Source: Eledone cirrhosa (Eukaryota). Taken from it: a stretch of DNA of 64,000 nucleotides. A model generated the notes under the pieces. That model was not told the DNA's origin. It made no database searches and saw only the letters and a program-made list of their open reading frames with translations. Where the stretch lies: NCBI GenBank assembly GCA_964016885.1, contig CAXHJY010000768.1, positions 62,001-126,000 of the forward strand. Direction: 5' to 3'. The position numbers were made by a program, and so were the translations under genes. This document shows positions 1 through 13,676 of the stretch, in pieces (position 1 is the first letter of the stretch; each line of letters begins with the position of its first letter).

Positions 1-36
1 TCATCTATATTAAAACTTATATATATATATATATAA

Positions 37-217
37 CGAAGGAGTTGTGGTAAGGAACCAGATGGACCATAACGCACCAGAGTACTCAATACTTAAGGTA
101 GTAGAGTGGGTAATAGGACAAAGTATGACTCCGACGGCAGAGCTCAAGCCGTTTCGACAGCTATTTCTGTGTCCAGAAATAGCCATCGAAACGGCTTGAG
201 CTCTGCCGTCGGGGTTA
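37..217. mobile_element. Short fold-back element carrying the 3' half of a hammerhead (GAAA-cggc..gccg-TC) on both arms; other copies at 7008-7135, 11820-12060, 24495-24670
   Basis: Four near-identical copies next to (TA)n, with inverted arms ccgacggcagagctcaagccgtttcga / tcgaaacggcttgagctctgccgtcgg. Confidence 0.7.
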
Positions 218-222
218 AACAT

Positions 223-260
<38 letters not shown>

Positions 261-595
261 CAGTGTTGAACAAAATGGCAACGATGGTTGCCGAACACTG
301 TACAGCTTAATTCGGGCTGTTTGTTTACAAACAAACCGAGCATTATAATAAATGTTTGGTAAACCCATACGTACATATATATGTGTGTACATGTATATAT
401 ATATACATACTACTGTACGTCTGTATACATATATGTATGTACGTATACATACTTATATTTAAGTAACAGCCGTACTAAGAGTGAGAAATGAAATTTCATT
501 TTTTCCATTTATTGTTTTCGGTACGCCCTGCCGACTAACTCACTCGATATGCAAATTAGGCTGCATTTTTTGTCTCTCTCTATATATATATGTAT

Positions 596-683
596 GTAAA
601 AGGTAAACAGAAATAACAACACAATCGGTACAGTATATGGAAGGGATATATTAGGTTAACGCTTGATATAGCAGGAAGAGGGT

Positions 684-686
<3 letters not shown>
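596..686 (-). mobile_element. 5'-truncated copy of the element whose hammerhead lies at 59853-59888
   Basis: The reverse complement matches about 59885-59975 with a few mismatches; flanked by (TA)n. Confidence 0.8.
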
Positions 687-714
<28 letters not shown>

Positions 715-720
<6 letters not shown>

Positions 721-1060
721 TATTAAAAAGATAATGAATAAACAAAGAAACAGTTCCTTATATTAAACAAAAAAAGTTCATTATTTTACGAAAAATAGTT
801 AGTTCAAATCCCGCCGAGGTTAACTTTGCCTTTCATCCTTACGGGGTCGATAAAATAAAGTACCAGTAATACACTGGGTGATTGCTGGCCTTGTGCCTAA
901 AGTAGAAACAATTATTTTACGAAAAATAATGAACTTTTTTTGTTTAATATAAACAAAATAATCGTAAAATATAAACAAAATAATCGTAAAATAATGAACT
1001 TTTTTTGTTTAATATAAGGAACTGTTTCTTTGTTTATTCATTATTTTTTTAATAATTTAT
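715..1060. repeat. AT-rich inverted repeat (about 715-792 vs 982-1060) interrupted by a SINE fragment (about 798-915)
   Basis: The arms are reverse complements; attattttacgaaaaata is duplicated on both sides of the SINE piece. Confidence 0.7.
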
Positions 1061-1397
1061 CTTGACTCTGTATTCCGTTTATCTTTCACCGAAAGAGATT
1101 TTTGAATGCATCTCTTCTTTTCATGATATCCGGAGTACATTGAGTTCTTCATACGGATTGGACACTACCGTAAACTTTTGGTAGATTTATCTACATATAT
1201 ATATATATATATATATAACCAAAAGTTAAACAAGGTTCATTGATTAATCAATGAATATAGTTTTACAATAGATTAGAAGCACTCAACAGTGAAGTTTTCT
1301 GGAGCTATTAATATTACTTCAAAATATTAATAAATATAGACATTCATGTAATCAAATATATTTTATTATATATATTTCAGAGGTACTGTGCTGTTTC

Positions 1398-1982
1398 AGA
1401 GGGAGGGAGAGGGAGAGGGGTGAGAGGGAGGGAGAGGGAGAGGGGGGGAGAGGGAGGGAGAGGGAGGGAGAGGGAGGGAGAGGGAGGGAGAGGGAGGGAG
1501 AGGGAGGGAGTGAGAGAGAAGGAGTGAGAGAGAAGGAGTGAGAGAGAAGGAGTGAGAGAGAAGGAGAGAGAGAGAAGGAGTGAGAGATAGAGATGGAGAG
1601 AGAGGGAGAGAGAGATGGAGAGAGATGGAGAGAGAGATGGAGAGAGATGGAGAGAGGGGGAGAGAGATGGAGAGAGAGATGGAGAGATAGAGAGAGAGAG
1701 AGAGGGAAAGATAGAGAGAGAGGGGGAAAGAGTGAGAGGGAAAGATGGAGAGAGAGAGATGGAGAGAGAGAGAGATGGAGAGAGAGAGAGAGATGGAGAG
1801 AGAGAGAGAGAGAGATGGAGAGAGAGAGAGATATGGAGAGAGAGAGAGATATGGAGAGAGAGAGAGATATGGAGAGAGAGAGATGGAGAGAGAGAGAGAG
1901 AGATGGAGAGAGAGAGATATGGAGAGAGAGAGATGGAGAGAGAGAGATGGAGAGAGAGAGAGGGAGAGAGAGAGGGAGGGGG
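1398..1982. repeat. GA-rich microsatellite ((GA)n, GGAG, GATGGA variants)
   Basis: Directly visible; explains the ER- and SL-rich ORFs. Confidence 0.97.
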
Positions 1983-2064
1983 CATCCCCAATAGATGATT
2001 GGTAGTTTATCAACCTTAAAAGGATGAAAGGCAAAGTGTAACCCCAGTATACAACTGGTACTTT

Positions 2065-2880
2065 AGAATGGTTTCTTATTTAGGCACAAGGCCAGCAATT
2101 TTGGGGGGAGGGGAAAGTCGATTAGGTCAACCCCAGTACATTACTGGTACTTCGTTTTATCGACCCCGTAAAGATGAAAGGCAAAGTTAACCTCAGCGCG
2201 GTTTGAACTCAGAATGTAAAGGGCCATAACTCTATGCTTGCAAAGCATGGTGTCTGACGCTCTACCAATCCACGAATTGTTTCTACTTTTGGCACAAGGC
2301 CAGCAATTATCCCAGTGTATTACTGGTACTTTATTTTATCGACCCCCGTAAAGATGAAAGGCAGAGTTGACCTCAGGAATGTCAGATAGAATGCTTTGTG
2401 GTATTCATTTCAGCTCTTGGCTCCCTCAGTAAAATCTCACCGAGGTATACGTAGCCCTTCATCCTTTCGAGGTCCATAAATAAGGTACCAGTTTAGTACT
2501 GGGTTCTACCTCTCTAGCCCTTACTTCCTATACTTCTCTGGAGGTTGCTGCACTCAGACCTGGAGAGAGAGATGGGCTCTGCCAGGCTTAAAATGCCCAA
2601 GAAATTCTGTATGTCAATATGGTGGTCCCATGAACCCCCTCAAGACCATACCACTTTCTTTATCTACTCTGAAAGGATGAAAGGCAAAGTAGACCCCAAC
2701 TGGATTTGAGATGAGTACAGAGAGATGAAAAAGGGTTTCTGATTTAGGCACAAGCCCAACAATTTTGGCGTCAGGGAAACCTGATTAAATGGACCCTGCT
2801 GCATGACTGGTACTTTATTTTATGGACCCCCGTAAGTTTGAATGGTGGGATCTGAACTCAGAACATAAAGGGTCGTAATG
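2065..2880 (-). mobile_element. Cluster of degenerate SINE-A copies
   Basis: Repeated ggcacaagg..ctggtactt..atcgacccc..gatgaaaggcaaagt..tttgaactcag blocks. Confidence 0.75.
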
Positions 2881-2884
2881 ATAA

Positions 2885-4382
2885 TAATTGTTTCTACTTT
2901 TAGCACAAGGCCAGCAATCACCCAGTGTATTACTGGTACTTTATTTTATCGACCCCGTAATAATTGTTTCTACTTTTAGCACAAGGCCAGCAATCATTCC
3001 AGGGTATTACTGGTACTTTATTTTATCGACCCCGTAATAATTGTTTCTACTTTTGGCACAAGGCCAGCAATTACCCCAGTGTATTACTGGTACTTTATTT
3101 TATCGACCCCGTAATAATTGTTTCTACTTTTAGCACAAGGCCAGCAATCATTCCAGTGTATTACTGGTACTTTATTTTATCGACCCCGTAATAATTGTTT
3201 CTACTTTTGGCAAAAGGCCAGCAATTACCCCAGTGTATTACTGGTACTTTATTTTATCGACCCCGTAATAATTGTTTCTACTTTTAGCACAAGGCCAGCA
3301 ATCATTCCAGTGTATTACTGGTACTTTATTTTATCGACCCCGTAATAATTGTTTCTACTTTTGGCACAAGGCCAGCAATTACCCCAGTGTATTACTGGTA
3401 CTTTATTTTATCGACCCCGTAATAATTGTTTCTACTTTTGGCACAAGGTCAGCAATTACCCCAGTGTATTACTGGTACTTTATTTTATCGACCCCGTAAT
3501 AATTGTTTCTACTTTTGGCACAAGGTCAGCAATTACCCCAGTGTATTACTGGTACTTTATTTTATCGACCCCGTAATAATTGTTTCTACTTTTGGCACAA
3601 GGCCAGCAATTACCCCAGTGTATTACTGGTACTTTATTTTATCGACCCCGTAATAATTGTTTCTACTTTTGGCACAAGGCCAGCAATTACCCCAGTGTAT
3701 TACTGGTACTTTATTTTATCGACCCCGTAATAATTGTTTCTACTTTTGGCACAAGGCCAGCAATTACCCCAGTGTATTACTGGTACTTTATTTTATCGAC
3801 CCCGTAATAATTGTTTCTACTTTTGGCACAAGGTCAGCAATTACCCCAGTGTATTACTGGTACTTTATTTTATCGACCCCGTAATAATTGTTTCTACTTT
3901 TGGCACAAGGTCAGCAATTACCTCAGTGTATTACTGGTACTTTATTTTATCGACCCCGTAATAATTGTTTCTACTTTTGGCACAAGGCCAGCAATTACCC
4001 CAGTGTATTACTGGTACTTTATTTTATCGACCCCGTAATAATTGTTTCTACTTTTGGCACAAGGCCAGCAATTACCCCAGTGTATTACTGGTACTTTATT
4101 TTATCGACCCCGTAATAATTGTTTCTACTTTTGGCACAAGGCCAGCAATTACCCAGTGTATTACTGGTACTTTATTTTATCGACCCCGTAATAATTGTTT
4201 CTACTTTTGGCACAAGGCCAGCAATTACCCCAGTGTATTACTGGTACTTTATTTTATCGTCCCCGTAAGGATGAAAGGTAAAGTCAACCTCGGCGGGATT
4301 TGAACTCAGACCGTAAAGGGCCGTAACTCTATGCTGCAAAGCATGGCGTCCGACTCTCTACCGATACTGCCAATCCACACCC
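2885..4382 (-). repeat. SINE-A (tRNA-like head about 4265-4382) whose 3' 77 bp is reiterated about 18 times
   Basis: 77-bp unit taattgtttctacttttggcacaaggccagcaattaccccagtgtattactggtactttattttatcgaccccgtaa; minus-strand head has A-box TGGCAGTATCGG and B-box GTTCAAATCC. Confidence 0.92.
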
Positions 4383-4838
4383 GTAATCATAATAATAATG
4401 GCTCCTGATTTAGGCACAAGGCGAACAATCGGAGGAGGGGGTGGGGGGGAATAAATCGACCCCCAGTGCGTTACTGGTACTATATTTTAGTACCCATCCA
4501 CTCATAAGGATGAAAAGCAAAGTTGACTTCAGCGAGATTTGAACTCAGAATGTAAAGGGCCATAACTCTATGCTGCAAAGCATGTTGGTCGACGCTCTAC
4601 TGATGCTGCCTATCTAGCACCCCTAACTGGAATAAATAATACAACGCAGTTTATTGGATGCTCTAACGACTCTAGTAATCGACTCATTACTAATTGATTA
4701 TTCACACCATTTTGTCTGTCCTTCGTCTGTTGCTAGGGAAAGTTTGGCTTCGTGCCTTGGTCTGAGTAAACATCATTAGAAAGTGTCAAGTGTCTTACTG
4801 AAGCATCAGATGTTGTTTGGTGAGAGGGGGGGGAGGGG

Positions 4839-6622
4839 GTGCTTGGCTATTCCAGCATCTTAGCCTCGCTATCAAGTGATGTTGGTGAGGGGGGAGCTTG
4901 GCTATTCCAGCATCTTAGCTTCGCTATCAAGTGATGTTGGTGAGGGGGGTGCTTGGCTATTCCAGCATCTTAGCCTCGCTATCAAGTGATGTTGGTGAGG
5001 GAAGTGCTTGGCTATTCCAGCATCTTAGCCTCGCTATCAAATGATGTAGGTGAGGGGGGTGCTTGTCTATTCCAGCATCTTAGCCTCGCTATCAAGTGAT
5101 GTTGGTGAGGGGCGGTGCTTGGCTATTCCAGCATCTTAGCCTCGCTATCAAGTGATGTTGGTGAGGGGGGGTGCTTGGCTATTCCAGCATCTTAGCCTCG
5201 CTATCAAGTGATGTTGGTGAGGGGGGGGGGGGGTGCTTGGCTATTCCAGCATCTTAGCCTCGCTATCAAGTGATGTTGGTGAGGGTGGTGCTTGGCTATT
5301 CCAGCATCTTAGCCTCGCTGTTAAGTGATGTTGGTGAGGGGGGTGCTTGGCTATTCCAGCATCTTAGCCTCGCTGTTAAGTGATGTTGGTGAGGGGGGTG
5401 CTTGGCTATTCCAGCATCTTAGCCTCGCTATCAAGTGATGTTGGTGAGGGTGGTGCTTGGCTATTCCAGCATCTTAGCCTCGCTATCAAGTGATGTTGGT
5501 GAGGGGGGTGCTTAGCTATTCCAGCATCTTAGCCTCGCTATCAAGTGATGTTGGTGAGGGGGGTGCTTAGCTATTCCAGCATCTTAGCCTCGCTATCAAG
5601 TGATGTTGGTGAGGGGGGTGCTTAGCTATTCCAGCATCTTAGCATCGCTATCAAGTGATGTTGGTGAGGGGGGGGGGGTGCTTGGCTATTCCAGAATCTT
5701 AGCTTCGCTATCAAGTGATGTTGGTGAGGGGGGTGCTTAGCTATTCCAGCATCTTAGCCTCGCTATCAAGTGATGTTGGTGAGGGGGGGTGCTTGGCTAT
5801 TCCAGAATCTTAGCCTTGGTATCAAGTGATGTTGGTGAGGGCGGTGCTTGGCTATTCCAGAATCTTAGCCTCGCTATCAAGTGATGTTGGTGAGAGCGGT
5901 GCTTGGCTATTCCAGCATCTTAGCCTCGCTATCAAGTGATGTTGGTGAGGGGGGTGCTTGGCTATTCCAGCATCTTAGCCTTGCTATCAAGTGATGTTGG
6001 TGAGGGGGGTGCTTGGCTATTCCAGCATCTTAGCCTCGCTATCAAGTGATGTTGGTGAGGGGGGTGCTTAGCTATTCCAGCATCTTAGCATCGCTATCAA
6101 GTGATGTTGGTGAGGGGGGGGGGGGTGCTTGGCTATTCCAGAATCTTAGCTTCGCTATCAATTGATGTTGGTGAGGGGGGTGCTTAGCTATTCCAGCATC
6201 TTAGCCTTGCTATCAAGTGATGTTGGTGAGGGGGGGTGCTTGGCTATTCCAGAATCTTAGCCTTGCTATCAAGTGATGTTGGTGAGGGCGGTGCTTGGCT
6301 ATTCCAGAATCTTAGCCTCGCTATCAAGTGATGTTGGTGAGAGCGGTGCTTGGCTATTCCAGCATCTTAGCCTCGCTATCAAGTGATGTTGGTGAGGGGG
6401 GTGCTTGGCTATTCCAGCATCTTAGCCTCGCTATCAAGTGATGTTGGTGAGGGGGGTGCTTGGCTATTCCAGAATCTTAGCTTCGCTATCAAGTGATGTT
6501 GGTGAGGGGGGTGCTTGGCTATTCCAGAATCTTAGCTTCGCTATCAAGTGATGTTGGTGAGGGGGGTGCTTGGCTATTCCAGAATCTTAGCTTCGCTATC
6601 AAGTGATGTTGGTGAGGGGGGG
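4839..6622. repeat. About 55-bp minisatellite, about 32 copies, with a variable G-run
   Basis: Unit gtgcttggctattccagcatcttagcctcgctatcaagtgatgttggtga(g)n. Confidence 0.95.
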
Positions 6623-6883
6623 TTATTATAATAATTAACTCCGTACTCGCACCACTAACTACACAAATGAAGACGGGTGAGTTGCATTACGTTGAGTACT
6701 CTCCATAATATTACATCGAGATTGACCATACGGAATGACCAGTTCTATCCAGTGGTGAACCAACTAACCTAAATATATATATATACCAAACCAGCTTATA
6801 TATATACCAAACCAGCTTCTTACATAACGGTTGCTCAATATTTATGGTATGTCAAAATTATTTATAAAACTGTTTATATATTG

Positions 6884-6949
6884 TATTTTATCTGAAGAAG
6901 GCATGCCATATATTTAATATGGTATCCCCGAAATATGTATAATGAAATA
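6884..6949 (+). ncRNA. Type I hammerhead ribozyme motif (family H1)
   Basis: tattttat-CTGAAGA-stem II (ccatat/atatgg)-GAAA-t atgt a-TA-atgaaata; stem I closes with one G.U pair. Confidence 0.75.
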
Positions 6950-7361
6950 AATATGGTTTTATAAATATAGTTTCCATTTGTTTAATATCGTATATATATA
7001 TATATATAACGAAGGAATTGTGGTAAGGAACCAGATGGACCATAACGCACCAAAGTACTCAATACTTAGGGTAGTAGAGTGGGTAATAGGAACAAGTATG
7101 ACCCCAACAGCAGAGCTCAAGCCGTTTCGACGGCTATATATACATATATACACACACACACACACCTACATATGCATCACTGCTATAAACTGCCACATAG
7201 CCCCAGGGGCCTCAATGTTTAAAATATATTTTTATTTTATCATTAGTTTTTATTCTTTATCACTAAATCATCACAATTACACACACACACACACATATAT
7301 ATTATTTATTATTAACAATCAAGGTTAACTTTGCCTTTCATCCTTACGGGGTCGATAAAAT

Positions 7362-8305
7362 AATTGTTTCTACTTTAGGCACAGGGCCAGCAATTACCCA
7401 GTGCATTACTGGTACTTTATTTTATCGACCCCGTAAGGATGAAAGGCAAAGTCAACCTCGGCGGGATTTGAACTCAGATAATAAAGGGACGTAACTATGC
7501 TGGAAAGCATGGCGTCCGACCCTCTACCTATACTGCCAATCCACCACCCGGGGTCGATAAAATAATGTACCAGTAATGTACTGAGATAATTGCTAGCCTT
7601 GTGCCAAAAGTAGAAACATTTATTAACAATCACGTATGAATATTTAAACTTTTTTACATGGCGTGTGCAGGTAAAGTCTGGTCGTGAGCTGGCCCAAGGA
7701 GCTAAATACTCGGATACTAGCACTGTTTATGTAAAATGGAGGTGTGACTTATCTATAAGTATATACTTGTGTATAAGTACTCGACTGACTTATAAGCTAA
7801 ATAAACTATAGCTTAGGGCCACACACCCTCATGGGCCTCATTTAAAAATATATATTTACATTTTTATCATTAGTTTTTATACTTTAACGCTAGATCATTA
7901 AAAAATTATAGAATTATTAATCATTAAAAAATAATTGTTTCTACGTTAGGCACAAGGCCAGCAATTACCCAGTGTATTACTGGTACTTGATTTTATCGAC
8001 CCCGTAAGGATGAAAAGCAAAGTTAACCTTGGCGGAATTTGAACTCAGAAAGGCAGGGGCCGTAACTCTATACGTCAAAGCATGGCATCCGACCTTCTAC
8101 CAATACTGCCAATCCACCACAGTGATAATAATTGTTTCTACTTTAGGCACAAGGCCAGCAATTACCCAGTGCATTACTGGTACTTGATTTTATCGACCCC
8201 GTAAGGATGAAAGGCAAAGTCAAGCTCGGTGGGATTTGAACTCAGATTGTAAAGGACGTAACTATGCTGGAAGCATGGCGTCCGACCCTCTACCGATACT
8301 GCCAA
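7362..8305 (-). mobile_element. Three SINE-A copies (about 7362-7548, 7932-8120, 8128-8305) plus inverted fragments
   Basis: A/B boxes and the conserved GGGGTCGATAAAAT..GTACCAG core on the minus strand. Confidence 0.85.
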
Positions 8306-8697
8306 TAATTACGTGTAATTATTAAAGTTTTACACAAAAATCTTTTTAGAGAAGGACCTCAAATTTCATATAGTTTAGGGCCTCAGAAGGTGAGAGTCCA
8401 GCCATGCTCGCACACAGTTTACTATGAAAAATACCACATGAAAAACCCGAGTATGCGACTTATCTACTGGCCCACAAAAAATCAATTCAAAATATATTGT
8501 ACACAGCAAACTTTGTTGTGTAAAATGCAAGTTTTACGTATCTACCAGTGTGACTTATATATGAGTATATAGAAATATATGGATGTAGTGATACTAGCGG
8601 TGGACACCAACGATATGATAGAGGGAAAATACCTCGAGGAAGGACATCTGCATACTAAATACACAGACAACATGCTTCCATACATGGGAATGTAATG

Positions 8698-8756
<59 letters not shown>

Positions 8757-9114
8757 AAAGTTAAACAAGGTTCAATGAATACATCAAAGAATGAGTTTTA
8801 CAATAGATTAGAAGCACTCAACAGTTAAAAGGTTTTCCAGAGTTATTAATATTAATTCAAAATATTAACAAAATAGATATTCTTGTGATCAATTATATTT
8901 TATTATACATATTTCAGAGGTACTGAGTTAAGTTCAACAATATATATATATATATATATTATGTAATAAACAACATAAGGCAATTATTCCATTTACCAGT
9001 GGTTTCTTAAAAGCAAAGGGTTTTGCTTTCAATCCTCAGAATGAAAAAATCCTGGTTTCTTATACATATATACACATATATATATATATATATATATAAT
9101 GGAGGCACATGGCT

Positions 9115-9457
9115 ATGGAGGCACATGGCTTAGTGGTTAGAGCATTGGGTTTGCAATCGAAAGGTTGAGAGTTCAATTCTCAAACCGGGTGATGTGTTGT
9201 TTCCTTGAGCAAGACACTTTATTTCACATTGCTCCAGTTTACCCAGCTGTAGAAATGAGATGATAGGGACTGGGGTCTCTATCATTCCACTGTAAAGTGG
9301 TCGTGGAGGTGCCACGGCAAAAAAGCACCCAGCACTCACTGTAAATGAGGTTGGTGTTAGGAAGGGCATCCAGCTGTAGAAGTTAAGCCAGAATCAGTTC
9401 CCGTCCCACCCTTGCAGGCAGGGAAAAGTGGACGTAAAATGAAATGACATGATGATG
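9115..9457 (+). mobile_element. SINE-B: tRNA-derived head, CCTTGAGCAAGACACTT core, AGGAAGGGCATCCAGC body, (GAT)n tail; copies at 20668-20990(+), 24695-24968(-), 40648-40998(-), 46945-47220(-), 62530-62870(+)
   Basis: A-box TGGCTTAGTGG, B-box GTTCAATTC; several near-identical dispersed copies. Confidence 0.88.
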
Positions 9458-9911
9458 ATATATATATATATACATATATATGTACACACACATATATATA
9501 TACATATATACACACACTCATATATATATATACATATATATATACACACACATATATATATATACATATATATATACACACACATATATATATATACATA
9601 TATATATACACATATATATATATATACATATATATATACACACACATATATATATACATATATATATACACACACATATATATATACACACACATATATA
9701 TATACATATATATATACACACACATATATATATACATATATATATATACACACACATATATATATACATATATATATATACACACACTCATATATATATA
9801 TACATATATATATATATACACACACACTCATATTTATATACACACACACATATATATATATACATATATATATATACACACACACTCATATATATATATA
9901 CATATATATAT

Positions 9912-10340
9912 GATGGCTGCCCCCTCGTTATCGAGTATGGGCATTGCACGATATAACATTATTAAATAATGTTACATCGAGGGCGGTGGATTAGCAGTAT
10001 CGGTAGAGGGTCGGACGCCATGCTTTGACGCACAGAGTTACGGCCCTTGCCATTCTGAGTTCAAATCCCGCCGAGGTTAACTTTGCCTTTCATCCTTACG
10101 GGGTCGATAAAATAATTGCTGGCCTTGTGCCTAACGTAGAAACAATTATTAGTAATTAATTAATTCTATTGTGCAATGGCTGTGCGTGAAGATATTTTTT
10201 AAAGTGAGGAAAGACTGTGCACTGAGCCAATCCCACTCTCTGAGAGACAGTAGCTATAACCCGAAAAGAAGAAAAGATCAACTACTGGGAGAATGCCGTG
10301 ACAAAGGCTAGGGGTCCTTCACTCCCAGTGGTTTAACCGT
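9912..10340 (-). mobile_element. Dispersed non-coding repeat, possibly an RTE-derived non-autonomous element, with SINE-A inserted at about 9980-10150; related copies 40219-40620, 57750-58060, 62420-62462
   Basis: The reverse complement of 57750-58060 matches this locus; family assignment is inference. Confidence 0.6.
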
Positions 10341-10518
10341 GCGGTACATGTGTGTATACATATTTACACACTTTCGGATGGCTGTTGACTCTTATGAGAA
10401 ATCGAAAATGCAACTGGAGTCTTTTTTTTAAAAAAAAATGTTTATTTGGTTCCTTTACCGGTTTCGCAGTTCTTGTGCTTTTCAAAAGTAGAGTTGAGAT
10501 GGAGGGCTTGTGGTTTTT

Positions 10519-10567
<49 letters not shown>

Positions 10568-10606
10568 GATATTAACAAATGGAAACTATATTTATAAAAC
10601 CATATT

Positions 10607-10671
10607 TATTTCATTATACATATTTCAAGGACACCAAGTTAAATTATGGTGTGCTTTCATCAGATAAAATA
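10607..10671 (-). ncRNA. Type I hammerhead motif (H1) with a partial inverted copy at about 10760-10845
   Basis: Minus strand tattttat-CTGATGA-..-GAAA-tatgta-TA-atgaaata. Confidence 0.75.
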
Positions 10672-11176
10672 TAATATAGAGCAGTTTTATAAATAAATAT
10701 TGACATACCCTTAAAGAATGCAACCATTACTGGGGTTATAAATTTATTTTCCTAAATACACATAATTTAACTTGGTGTCCTTGAAATATGTATAATGAAA
10801 TAAATATGGTTTTATAAATATAGTTTCCATTTGTTAGTATCATATTTTTACTCCAATTATTTGTTGAGTGCTTTATATCAGTTATAAAAATATTTGCTTG
10901 TTGTATCCCAACAATTTAAATAGAACTTCTACATTATATATATATATATATATATAAATTAAAAAAAAAAGTTTGTTGGGGGGTGGATTTTATATTATAT
11001 ATATATATTTTAAAGAGTTAAACAATATTCAATGAGTATATCAAAGAATGAGTTTTACAGTAGATTGGAAGCACTCTACAATGAAAATATTTTCCAGAGT
11101 TATTAATATTAAAATATAAATATTAATAAAATAAATCTTCCTGTGATCAATTAAATTTTATTATACATATTTCATT

Positions 11177-11227
11177 TTTTATCTGATGAGGTCGTACTGT
11201 TGTACCTCTGAAATATGTATAATAAAA
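11177..11227 (+). ncRNA. Type I hammerhead motif (family H2) with shortened stem II, inside a fold-back about 11110-11270
   Basis: ttttat-CTGATGA-ggtcgtactgttgtacctct-GAAA-tatgta-TA-ataaaa. Confidence 0.65.
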
Positions 11228-11268
11228 TTTAATTGATCACAGGAACATCTATTTTATTAATATTTGTA

Positions 11269-11328
<60 letters not shown>

Positions 11329-11489
11329 CATGGAATTGACGGATGAGAGAAAAGGGGTACTCAATACAATAGTAGAGTTTAAATATTCAAAGATTGTGTA
11401 CAGTTCTCAAGACACGTGGAGGAACGAGATATTTCCCACGCACAGGGAAAATTAATCATTAAAATAGTATCACACACACATCCGTGTAT

Positions 11490-11666
11490 GTGTATGCTTA
11501 CATGTATGTGTGTCCTTACATGTATGTGTGTGCTTACATGTATGTGTGTGCTTACATGTATGTGTGTGCTTACATGTATGTGTGTCCTTACATGTATGTG
11601 TGTGCTTACATGTATGTGACCGCTTACATGTATGTGTGTGTGACCGCTTACATGTATGTGTGTGCT
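11490..11666. repeat. 18-bp minisatellite (cttacatgtatgtgtgtg)n
   Basis: Directly visible. Confidence 0.9.
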
Positions 11667-13412
11667 TAGTTGCGTCCATCAAGCATTCATTCAGAAAAAT
11701 TTGCGCATAATTTTCCCATACGGTGCGGGTATACATATATATTATTAGTGTATATATGTATGTATATACGGTAATATACACAGGCAGACTGCACACGTAT
11801 ATATATATATATATATATATATAGGAGAGAGTATGACCCCGACGGCAGAGCTCAAGCCGTTTCGACGGCTATTTCTGGACTAAAGTAAGAGTTTTTTTTG
11901 TTTTTTTTTCAACTCGTACTTTAGTTCAGAAATAGCCGTCGAAACGGCTTGAGCTCTGCCGTCGGGGGTCATACTCTCTCCTATTACCCACTCTACTACC
12001 CTAAATATTGAGTACTCTGGTGCGTTATGGTCCATCTGGTTCCTTACCACACCTCCTTTGTCATATATATATATATAAACATATAAATAAATATATATAA
12101 ACAAATAAACATAAATAAATATATATATATATAAACATATAAATATATATACATATAAACATAAATAAATATATATACATATAAACATAAATAAATATAT
12201 ATACATATAAACAAATAAATATATATACATATAAATAAATATATATACATATAAACATATATATATACATATAATCATATATGTATAAACATATATATAT
12301 AAACATATATATAAACAGATATATATATAAACATATATATATATAAACATATATATATATATAAACATATATATATATATATAAACATATATATATATAT
12401 ATAAACATATATATATATATATATATATAAACATATATATATATATAAACATATATATATATATAAACATATATATATATATAAACATATATATATATAT
12501 ATATAAACATATATATATATATAAACATATATATATATATATATATATATAAACATATATATATATATATATAAACATATATATATAAACATTTATATAT
12601 ATATATATATAAACATATATATATAAACATATATATATATATATATAAACATATATATATATATAAACATATATATATATAAACATATATAAACATATAT
12701 ACATATATATAAACATATATAAACATATATACATATAAACATATATATATATATAAACATATATACATATATATATAAACATATATATATATATAAACAT
12801 ATATACATATATATATAAACATATATATATATAAACATATATACATATATATAAACATATATACATATATAAACATATATATATAAACATATATACATAA
12901 ACATATATACATAAACATATATACATATAAACATATATATATATATATAAACATATATACATCATCATCATCATCATCATCAACGTTTAACGTCCGTGTT
13001 CCACGCTTGCATGGGTTTGGACGGGGGTAGTCCCACTTGAGGCAAGAGTGGTTTTCTTGCTCGCATAGGACTGTCTGGCAGGTTTTCTACAGTTGGATGC
13101 CCTTCCTAACACCAACCACGTTTACAGTGTGGCGCTGGGAGGTTTTTACACATATATATATATAAACATATATACATATATAAACATATATACATAAACA
13201 TATATATATATAAACATATATATATATATAAACATATATATATATATATATAAACATATATATATATATAAACATATATATATATATATATAAACATATA
13301 TATATATAAACATGTATATATATAAACATGTATATATATATATAAACACACACAAACATATATAAACATGTATATATATAGACACACAAACATATATATA
13401 CATGTGCACATG

Positions 13413-13456
<44 letters not shown>

Positions 13457-13563
13457 TATATTAATAAAAATATATATATATATATATATGTAAACATATA
13501 TTAATAAATATATATACATACAAACATAGATTCACATTATATATACGCATGTGTGTGTACACG

Positions 13564-13608
<45 letters not shown>

Positions 13609-13676
13609 GTTATTCCGGGTTGAATCGGAGGTAACCACAGTAAGTAAAGTACTCAATACATAGCAAAGTATAAAAG

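Noticed and set aside
2885-6622. Regular arrays as possible CRISPR
   Set aside because: No unique spacers, no cas genes, eukaryotic context; the 77-bp unit is SINE-derived.
9115-9190. tRNA gene at SINE heads
   Set aside because: A/B boxes are present but there is no cloverleaf closure or poly-T terminator; the sequence continues into the SINE body.
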